In this document: positions 55,780 through 62,993 of the stretch, in pieces
How positions within the stretch are numbered: the stretch's first letter is position 1
Layout: each line of letters opens with the position of its first letter
IMG/VR virus record: IMGVR_UViG_3300046522_000316
Location: 64,001 to 128,000 of that record
Source of the DNA: a virus
Taxonomy: Duplodnaviria; Caudoviricetes
DNA length: 64,000 bases
Direction: 5' to 3' (one strand)
The notes under the pieces: generated by a model
The model's input: the letters and a program-made list of their open reading frames with translations, nothing else
What the model was told of the DNA's origin: nothing
Databases searched by the model: none
Position numbers and translations under genes: made by a program

Positions 55780-55788
55780 ACTGTAAAT
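55780..55788 (+). promoter_or_regulatory. ACTGTAAAT motif upstream of the ssb-like/recA operon
   Basis: Exact intergenic motif. Confidence 0.7.
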
Positions 55789-55846
55789 AATACTCAGGAG
55801 AGAAAAGCTTTCCGGGTATTCGACTTGAATCTAGAGGAACAACCGC

Positions 55847-57097
55847 ATGGCGACCGCCGTTTTTAAAGGCATGGGCAGCATCCGCACCAACAGTGGCAAG
55901 GGTGATTCGCTCCGCTTGGACGAAGTTGTTGATATCATCCAGTGGCCGAAAAACAAATATTTCCTGTTCCGCATTTTGCCGATCATGCCGCTGCAAGTGC
56001 GTCAGGTCTGGATCAAACTGTGGGCCGGTGGCAAGGGCAAAGAAAAACGCGAAGTGAACATTCCGCGTTACGCTATCGACTTCGATCCGAACGATCCGGA
56101 AACCCCGAAAAAAGGCGTGAAGTGCCCGTACATGGCGCTGGCCGACAAGTTCAAAGGCCAGAAAGAAAAGCCGGTGCGTGCGTCCGACTTCTGGTTGTTC
56201 AACGTGATCGACCGCGACATGCAGGAAGAAGGCCCGCCGCGTAAAGCGTCGAAGCCAACCAAGGAAGAAAAGAATTCCGGTTTCAAGGATATCAATTCTG
56301 AAACTTGGACTCCGGTTCGCGTTGCGCGTCTGACCATGACTTCGATCAACCGACTGCAAGAACTGTCGGAAGAAAACAAAATCAAGTCGAAGAAATCCGG
56401 CAAAACCGCGCAGTACGACGTATCCGATGCGAAGTATGGTTTCGACACCAAACTGAAATTCAAACCGGACGCAGCGGGCACCGACAAATACACCATCGAC
56501 AAAGCGGACGGCCCTACCCCGCTGAGCGACGAAGAGCAAGGCTATCTGACGTGGAACCTCACTGAAGAACTTCTGGACGCCACCGGTCGCATGACCGAAA
56601 AGGCTGCGAAGGAAGACGTTAAGCGTATGGAAATCATCGGCGGCGAAGAACTCGACGATGATGACGAAGACGAAGACGAAAAGCCGAAGAAAAAGAAAGG
56701 CAAATCCACTTCGCTCGACGACGATGACGACGAAGACGAAAAGCCGAAGAAAAAGAAAAAGAAATCTTCCATCGACGATGACGATGATGAAGACGAAAAA
56801 CCGAAAAAGAAAAAGAAGTCCAAGTCCATCGACGACGATGACGACGAAGACGAAAAGCCGAAGAAAAAGAAAAAGTCTTCGGACAAAGACGCCAAGTCTT
56901 CCAAGGTGAAAAAGAAGTCGAAGTCGGACGACGATGACGACGAAAAGCCGAAGAAGAAAAAGAAGGCCAAGGAAGAAGAAGCTCCGAAGAAAAAGAAAAA
57001 ATCTTCGGACAAGGACGAGAAAGGCGGCGCCAAAAAGAAAGTGAAGAAAGACGCCAAGAAAGGCAGCGGCAAGAAAAAGAACGCGTGGGATGACTAA
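55847..57097 (+). CDS. Putative T4 gp32-like ssDNA-binding protein with an alternating acidic/basic tail
   Basis: FRILP...CPY...WLFNVIDR core; position directly upstream of recA. Confidence 0.55.
   Translation: MATAVFKGMGSIRTNSGKGDSLRLDEVVDIIQWPKNKYFLFRILPIMPLQVRQVWIKLWAGGKGKEKREVNIPRYAIDFDPNDPETPKKGVKCPYMALADKFKGQKEKPVRASDFWLFNVIDRDMQEEGPPRKASKPTKEEKNSGFKDINSETWTPVRVARLTMTSINRLQELSEENKIKSKKSGKTAQYDVSDAKYGFDTKLKFKPDAAGTDKYTIDKADGPTPLSDEEQGYLTWNLTEELLDATGRMTEKAAKEDVKRMEIIGGEELDDDDEDEDEKPKKKKGKSTSLDDDDDEDEKPKKKKKKSSIDDDDDEDEKPKKKKKSKSIDDDDDEDEKPKKKKKSSDKDAKSSKVKKKSKSDDDDDEKPKKKKKAKEEEAPKKKKKSSDKDEKGGAKKKVKKDAKKGSGKKKNAWDD
56655..56960 (+). repeat. Coding tandem repeat DDDDDEDEKPKKKK(K) (about 5 units)
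   Basis: GACGATGACGACGAAGACGAAAAGCCGAAGAAAAAG-like units; bounds approximate. Confidence 0.85.
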
Positions 57098-57113
57098 TCG
57101 GTAACTGCCGACC

Positions 57114-57133
57114 GGGCCTAGATTCTTAGGCCC
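57114..57133 (+). terminator. Hairpin between the ssb-like gene and recA (attenuator or weak terminator)
   Basis: GGGCCTA-GATTCT-TAGGCCC with no clear U tract. Confidence 0.45.
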
Positions 57134-57164
57134 ACTTCCCTGATCTACCTGCTGTGGAGAATGC

Positions 57165-58724
57165 ATGGCAAAAACCGCCGTAAAGACCAAAAAGCTCGAC
57201 CTTTCCGAAAAGGTTCTGAAGACTTCCAAGTCGAAAGTTCCAGCCGTCGTTGAGAAAAAGACTTCCAAGTCGAAAGCTCCGGCAGTGAAAGGCTCTAAGA
57301 GCAAGGATGTAGCCGTCGCGGCCAAGCCCGACAAATTTGTCTTCAACCCTTACGCATCATTCGAAGACGAAATTGATAACATGGAAAAAAAGGTCGGTCT
57401 GACCTCCATGTCTGTCAACGAAAAAGAAGACCGGTTGGGAACAGGCAGTCTCTGTCTCGATCTGCAAATGGCCGGTGGCCTTCTGGCCGGTGGTTGGTAC
57501 ACCTTCTACGGTGCGGAACAGTCGTGTAAAACCACGCTCGCCACAACCGTGATGGGTTCCATTGTTCGCAAAGCATCTTTCCTCGGTAAAGCGTTTTTCT
57601 TCGACTACGAAGGTTCGTTCTCCGCTGAATATGCGAACGCGATGTGGAAATACAACGGCGGCGGAAGTGCCGGTACTGTTGAGCAAGTTTTCGGTCTGGC
57701 TGGGAAAGACGGCGACTGGATTATTCGCCCACGTATCCGCAACTATGCGCCAGCAGTTGGCGAAGACTTTTTCGATGCGTTGGCTAGCACACTGAAAAAG
57801 CTTCCGTCTGTTCTGAAACTCGATGGTGATTTCTTCTACATTTACGAAAACACCAAAGCGAATCAGAAGCTGTGCAAAGGTCATTACGACGTTAAATATT
57901 TCAAGAAGACCAACAAGTTCAAAGTCCCGGCGCCACACGGCTTGCCGCAGGCTGTGTTCCTTGTGGACTCTTACCCGGCAATGCTTTCGCGTCGTGCAGA
58001 CGATAGCGAAGAGGGTAAAGACGGTCTGGCCTCGCAAGCGCGTATGTTCTCTGACGGGATCAAACGTGTTAAAGGCCGCATGAAAGAAAAACGCGTTCTG
58101 GTTCTCGGCATCAACCAATTGCGTTCTGTTCCGATGGCGATGTACGGCCCGACCGAACAGGAACCTTGCGGCCAAGCGCTGAAGTATTTCTCTGACGCTC
58201 GTTTCCGTATGTCTCCGATTGCGATTCCGCACGCGAAAGGCATGATGGAAGAAGAGCCGTCGATTAGCGGCGTCGGTGTTGATACCTACCGTTACATCAA
58301 GTGCCACGCTTTCAAAAATAAACTCGGTGGCCCGCAAAAATCCAACATGATCATGCGTCTGTATGTGTCGAACGAAAACGGCGAAGGCCTCGGTTTCGAC
58401 CGCGTGTGGGATACGTGGATGTATCTGAAAGAAACTGGCCAAATTTCCGGCCAGCGCAACAAAATGAAATTCGCAGAAGGTACACCGTTCGCAGGTCACA
58501 CCCTGTCGTACATGGATCTGAAGAAATTGGTCGATGGCAAAAAAGAATTGATCAAATCTTGCTGCGAAAAAATGAAGGTCAAGCCGCTGCGTATTTACGA
58601 GTGGTGCCGCAAGCAAATCGAATCCGGCAAGGGTTACGATTTGTACCTTGATCAAATCAAAGCAACCCACACCAAAAAGGCAGCGAAAGCCGCAGCCAAA
58701 GGTGACGGAGAGGACGAAGAATGA
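57165..58724 (+). CDS. recA: RecA/UvsX-family recombinase with a Lys-rich N-terminal extension
   Basis: GAEQSCKTT (Walker A), FFDYEGS, VFLVDS (Walker B) and GINQLR. Confidence 0.92.
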   Translation: MAKTAVKTKKLDLSEKVLKTSKSKVPAVVEKKTSKSKAPAVKGSKSKDVAVAAKPDKFVFNPYASFEDEIDNMEKKVGLTSMSVNEKEDRLGTGSLCLDLQMAGGLLAGGWYTFYGAEQSCKTTLATTVMGSIVRKASFLGKAFFFDYEGSFSAEYANAMWKYNGGGSAGTVEQVFGLAGKDGDWIIRPRIRNYAPAVGEDFFDALASTLKKLPSVLKLDGDFFYIYENTKANQKLCKGHYDVKYFKKTNKFKVPAPHGLPQAVFLVDSYPAMLSRRADDSEEGKDGLASQARMFSDGIKRVKGRMKEKRVLVLGINQLRSVPMAMYGPTEQEPCGQALKYFSDARFRMSPIAIPHAKGMMEEEPSISGVGVDTYRYIKCHAFKNKLGGPQKSNMIMRLYVSNENGEGLGFDRVWDTWMYLKETGQISGQRNKMKFAEGTPFAGHTLSYMDLKKLVDGKKELIKSCCEKMKVKPLRIYEWCRKQIESGKGYDLYLDQIKATHTKKAAKAAAKGDGEDEE

Positions 58725-58939
58725 AACCCGACGACGTAGTAACAGAAAACACGGCAGCGCACGCGGCAGGTATGACGGCTGCGTCGTTGGAATTCCTCAA
58801 GACCAATCTGGAAGCGCTCATGAAATTGCAGGCATATTTGCAGGCAAATAAATTGGGCGGCGGTCGGGAAGTCGCATTGTCGATTACCAACCTGCAACAA
58901 AGCATCTTCTGGCTGACTGAAGCCAAAATCAAAATCTGA
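58721..58939 (+). CDS. Acb2/Tad1-like helical-hairpin protein (candidate nucleotide sponge)
   Basis: GREVALSITNLQQSIFWL resembles the RE.(A/S)LAITKLEEA..W motif. Confidence 0.55.
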   Translation: MKPDDVVTENTAAHAAGMTAASLEFLKTNLEALMKLQAYLQANKLGGGREVALSITNLQQSIFWLTEAKIKI

Positions 58940-58953
58940 TGCGGTAAAAGAGA

Positions 58954-58975
58954 CGGGGGCCTTTTGGCCCCTTTC
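58954..58975 (+). terminator. Probable terminator
   Basis: GGGGCC-TTTT-GGCCCC-TTTCT. Confidence 0.65.
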
Positions 58976-59024
58976 TCCATTCTTGGGCCTGCAAATCAAT
59001 CCGATTTTAATCGTGGAGTAGACC

Positions 59025-59510
59025 GTGGAACAAAAAGCTAAATCCAAAGAAGTCCTGATCGTGCTGCGCAACATGGCGGGCTTTGTGCTGAAAGCTTATC
59101 GCGTGATGGTGCCGCAATTTGGCGAACCAGATTTCAACAAAGAGATTCGCACGCGCACAGGTTTTACGAATCGCGAACACAAACGCCGGGAACAGAAAAA
59201 GGCGAGCGCAATTTTTATCGTGCATCACGACCTGCGCGACTACGAATCTTTTCAAGGTGGATGGGAACGCACCTGCGCAATTCTCGACGGCAGTGTTCCA
59301 CAACGTAGTACCAACCCAAATTTTATTCGGATTCACAACGCGCTGATTCCGTACCCAACTTTCCAAGGCATGTTTGAGTTCTACAAAGAAATCGGCTTCG
59401 ACCACAAGCGCAATAAATTCGATCCCGATAGCTACGCGATGAAACTGGAAAACGACGTAGAATTTCAGCGCACGGAATTTCATCGTGCGTCATTTAATGC
59501 GCGTGCATAA
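59025..59510 (+). CDS. Hypothetical protein
   Basis: GTG start with a GGAG RBS. Confidence 0.65.
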   Translation: MEQKAKSKEVLIVLRNMAGFVLKAYRVMVPQFGEPDFNKEIRTRTGFTNREHKRREQKKASAIFIVHHDLRDYESFQGGWERTCAILDGSVPQRSTNPNFIRIHNALIPYPTFQGMFEFYKEIGFDHKRNKFDPDSYAMKLENDVEFQRTEFHRASFNARA

Positions 59511-59651
59511 CCCCGTGACGCTCGTCGGATGCCGGGGCAACCTAGCGGTCGGGTAGTTGACAGTCGCGGCCCCAGTGTGCTAGGCCCCAGCCCTGCCCAA
59601 GCCCCGCAGCCCGTGGGCGTCTCCGGGCATAACTTCCGATATCGCGTGAGC

Positions 59652-59680
59652 TTGCCTAAGTGCTTGATTTTCGGTAGAAT
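59652..59680 (+). promoter_or_regulatory. Host sigma70-type (early) promoter
   Basis: TTGCCT-17 bp-TAGAAT. Confidence 0.65.
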
Positions 59681-59784
59681 TGACGGGTTCAGCGCGGTCG
59701 TGCTGAGCAACACACTAACGGAATATGGGAAGTTTCATTTCCCTGAATGCCATGCATACAACCAGCAGTTTGAAGGATCGGTAT

Positions 59785-60258
59785 ATGGATATCGACTATC
59801 AGTCATTCGAGTCCGGGGATTTTTCTTGCCTACTCGTAATGTCTAACGGATGCGCAGATTCAATCGGTTATATTGCAGACCACATCCCGCGCAAAGACAG
59901 CGTGCTTGTGGTGGCGTCTCATAAGAATGTTGAGTCGTCGGAAACGGAAGTGGCCGGGTACATTATGGCTACTGCAAATGATCAGGGCATTTATATTCAC
60001 AATGTTCTGGTGCTGGACAATTTCCAACGCAAAGGCATCGCTACAAAGATGCTGATGGAAATCGAAAAACTGATTTGGGAAGGCACTGCGTCATACCCGA
60101 TTATGCTTTTTACAGGCGAAGAAAATAAAGCGGCAATGAATTGTTATGCGGGCGCTGGTTATACCGTTGCGTTACGCATTCCGAATTGTCGCGACTCAGG
60201 CGAAGCACGAATAGCACTGCGTAAAGACAGTGGCGTCGGCTATCATCTGGCCTCATAA
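59785..60258 (+). CDS. GNAT (RimI-like) acetyltransferase
   Basis: IHNVLV...QRKGIATKML (acetyl-CoA motif A) and N.AAMNCY...GY; GAAGGA RBS before 59785. Confidence 0.85.
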   Translation: MDIDYQSFESGDFSCLLVMSNGCADSIGYIADHIPRKDSVLVVASHKNVESSETEVAGYIMATANDQGIYIHNVLVLDNFQRKGIATKMLMEIEKLIWEGTASYPIMLFTGEENKAAMNCYAGAGYTVALRIPNCRDSGEARIALRKDSGVGYHLAS

Positions 60259-60341
60259 AAAGCAGTAGGAGCGAATGGTAATTTTATATTACCGGGGCAG
60301 CATTTAGGCCCTTGCTACGTCTATAATCGGGGATTTACATA

Positions 60342-61592
60342 GTGGCTCATTCTAAATTTGACGACCTGATCAAAGCGCTCAATGCCTTTGAATCCGGTAT
60401 GGCAGAAAATACGCTCACGCGTAAAAGCGACATTATCAAACGGCTTGATGAAATTTCTAACCAAGCCACTATCCTGTTGAATCAGGGTAGCCTCCCAACG
60501 GGTAGCAAATCGACGCTTCTGAAGATCCGGAAACTGGTCAAAGAAACCGCCGAAGGTTTGCGCACCGACGTGTTCAGTTCCTTGGGGCCGATCCGTCGTA
60601 TTTCTCGCGATCATTTGGGCACGCTTCACTCTGCATTGACTTTGCAGCTTGGCGGCGGTCTGACTGCTGAAGAGAAAACGCAAATCCGCGAAAGCTACGC
60701 CTCCGACGAAGACACCGCCAGCGAAGTCGAACGCCTCATTGAAGCATTCGATCCCGGCTCGTTGACCATCGGCGGCACGAAAGTCGATCTGCAATTGGCG
60801 CTGAATCATGTTCGCCAATTTCTGGATCAGAATTTCACGCTCTCGCAATTGCGCTCGATCCAGCCTTACAAATCCGGCGAATTGACTCCGGGCGGAAAGC
60901 CAGTCAAAAATCCTGACTCTGTTTGGAATGACCTCACGTACAGCGAAGTGCTGGCCGCGTCCGAGGAAACCCCAAAAGGCAAAACCCGTCTGGCCGCTCT
61001 CAAGCGCGAACTGGTCAAAAAACACGATGATGATTTGGCGACTCTTTCCGAGTCCTACAAAGAATTGTCGCGTCGTATGCCGCGAACCCTGAAACATCCC
61101 TTTGCCCCAATCTATTATCCTGTTGTTCCGATTTTCCAAGACATTGGCGTTTACAAAAATCCAACCCGTTTGGAAAACGCTGGCCTCAAGGTGACTCGCA
61201 TTGGCGACCACTTTATCGTTCTGGAAAACCAACTGCTGCTGTGCATTGATCTTGATCGCATCGGCATTAAAGACGGCATTCGTTTGACCAAAGACGGCCA
61301 GCGGATGAAAACTGTAAATAATAACAGTGCGTTGGAAACCGAAGTACACAAGATCGTTGGTCACATCAACGAAACGGCTCGCCACTCCGGCACTTCGTTT
61401 GCTGTTGCATCCGATACCATTGTGCGCAATCCGAACAACCCGCGAATCGCTCTCGTCTGGTTGATTGAAGAAAAAGTTCGTAAGAAACTTGCCAACACGT
61501 TGACCAACACAAAAGTTCAGTGGGATATTCCGCGCCATCAAATGGAACCCACGCGCCTTAGCAAACGCCCTGCGCCAGCACGGACGAAGTGA
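60342..61592 (+). CDS. Hypothetical protein (416 aa)
   Basis: Long ORF. Confidence 0.8.
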   Translation: MAHSKFDDLIKALNAFESGMAENTLTRKSDIIKRLDEISNQATILLNQGSLPTGSKSTLLKIRKLVKETAEGLRTDVFSSLGPIRRISRDHLGTLHSALTLQLGGGLTAEEKTQIRESYASDEDTASEVERLIEAFDPGSLTIGGTKVDLQLALNHVRQFLDQNFTLSQLRSIQPYKSGELTPGGKPVKNPDSVWNDLTYSEVLAASEETPKGKTRLAALKRELVKKHDDDLATLSESYKELSRRMPRTLKHPFAPIYYPVVPIFQDIGVYKNPTRLENAGLKVTRIGDHFIVLENQLLLCIDLDRIGIKDGIRLTKDGQRMKTVNNNSALETEVHKIVGHINETARHSGTSFAVASDTIVRNPNNPRIALVWLIEEKVRKKLANTLTNTKVQWDIPRHQMEPTRLSKRPAPARTK

Positions 61593-62098
61593 CAGAAAAG
61601 TACAATGAGGGAGACTGCACGATTTGCGAAAAGTATCAGTCGCTTTTGCACTGGCACCACACAATTCCGCAATCGCTTGGCGGTAAAAACAGCCTGCAAA
61701 TCCCTCTTTGCGCTCAGTGTCATAACCTTCTGCATGCACATGCGTTGGCTATTTACGCTAGAACTAAAACAGGCCGAGCAATCCAGAAAAAATACTGGGC
61801 GACTCCGGCCATGGAACACAATGCAGGCCAGTGGTTAAAAATACTGGTAGAGGCAATTTTGTCTGACGAAGCTGTTGTGGGTAAACAGTACGTCATGCAA
61901 TTCAAAGCGTCCCCTGCGTTGCACACAGCACTGCAACTGTTCAAATCGGACAGCAACGTATCGTCGCTAGAGAAAGCGATGATATTAGCAATTAGTGATC
62001 ATTTAAGAAATAGGGGCTACTTGGATAATGAGCGTTCAATCAGGGATCAAAGCACGGGTAACAAAGGCACTCCGCGAAGTAAGCCCAACCTGTGGTGA
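61589..62098 (+). CDS. HNH endonuclease with a possible C-terminal ribbon-helix-helix
   Basis: CTIC...HWHHTIPQSLGG...LCAQCHNLLH. Confidence 0.82.
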   Translation: MTEKYNEGDCTICEKYQSLLHWHHTIPQSLGGKNSLQIPLCAQCHNLLHAHALAIYARTKTGRAIQKKYWATPAMEHNAGQWLKILVEAILSDEAVVGKQYVMQFKASPALHTALQLFKSDSNVSSLEKAMILAISDHLRNRGYLDNERSIRDQSTGNKGTPRSKPNLW

Positions 62099-62993
62099 TT
62101 GCAGCGGCCTACAAGACGACGTACTGGTCGAAGGAAATACGGTTCCATGTGGGGTGGTTCCGAAGGGTAATCTGACCAAGAAAAGTGCGACGGAAAAAGG
62201 TAATGTTTCGGCTAAAGAGTCCGCAAAAAACCGCGAACCAAAAACCGAAGCGTCTAGTATTTGTCCAAAGTTTTCGCCAAACACTCGCCCTGTCGGGGCG
62301 CTAGGCGATAACAAAATTGCTGAACTGGCTGACCTGATCGGCAGCATTGACGCTAAGGCCCTGCGTGCCCTTGGCGTCCTGATGTTTAACGAGCCTGCGA
62401 CACGTGATCAAGGCATGACCTTTATGCAGAAGGTTTATGTTCGTTATCGCGGCGCAGCAAATCGCAATTACATTTCCAATTTCATGCAAGCGTATGTCAT
62501 GTACGCGACTTCACAACAATACAAACTCATGAGCGCCGATGGCCGCTGCGTCCTGACCTACGGGCCGCATTGCCGTCCGGTAATTCACACCGAAGCCGAA
62601 TTTAAACCCATGCATGACAGCATGATGGCGAAAGGTGCATTGCTCGACCCTGATGCAACTACTTTGATTTCCCGGCGCTGGCGCCACGAAGAGGAATTCA
62701 ATCTCGGCATTTCCGACCTTGGCGATAAAATGGCTAAAGACGGAATCGGTGTTTCGACGATTGACGATGTGTTTACCTCAAGTGGTGTTCGGAAAGGTCG
62801 CAAAAAAGGTTTGCCGGATCTTATCAGTCTGGTGGCCGACGCGGCAGCTGGTTACGACGTGGACGGTCAAGCCGCCAACTTTGTGGAACGCGATGTTAAG
62901 CGTGACAAAGGCGACGACGGTGATGATGACGCGCCGAAAAAGAAACGTGGTTCCGGGGTTAAAGTTCGTAACGTTCGTGGGGGTGCAGAATAA
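62028..62993 (+). CDS. Hypothetical protein with Cys clusters and a basic tail
   Basis: 321-aa ORF. Confidence 0.75.
   Translation: MSVQSGIKARVTKALREVSPTCGDCSGLQDDVLVEGNTVPCGVVPKGNLTKKSATEKGNVSAKESAKNREPKTEASSICPKFSPNTRPVGALGDNKIAELADLIGSIDAKALRALGVLMFNEPATRDQGMTFMQKVYVRYRGAANRNYISNFMQAYVMYATSQQYKLMSADGRCVLTYGPHCRPVIHTEAEFKPMHDSMMAKGALLDPDATTLISRRWRHEEEFNLGISDLGDKMAKDGIGVSTIDDVFTSSGVRKGRKKGLPDLISLVADAAAGYDVDGQAANFVERDVKRDKGDDGDDDAPKKKRGSGVKVRNVRGGAE

Noticed and set aside
56655-56960. Regularly spaced repeats considered as a CRISPR array (also 42004-42175 and 30170-30320)
   Set aside because: They are in-frame coding repeats with degenerate third positions and no unique spacers; no cas1/cas2 nearby
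55682-58670. 554-aa and 437-aa - strand ORFs
   Set aside because: Antisense to the ssb-like gene and recA
59511-59724. Possible tRNA or tmRNA in the GC-rich gap
   Set aside because: No cloverleaf or T-loop (GTTCRA) pattern recognised; tRNAscan/ARAGORN would settle it
61589-62098. Mobile homing endonuclease or intron
   Set aside because: It does not interrupt a conserved gene and no intron structure is evident
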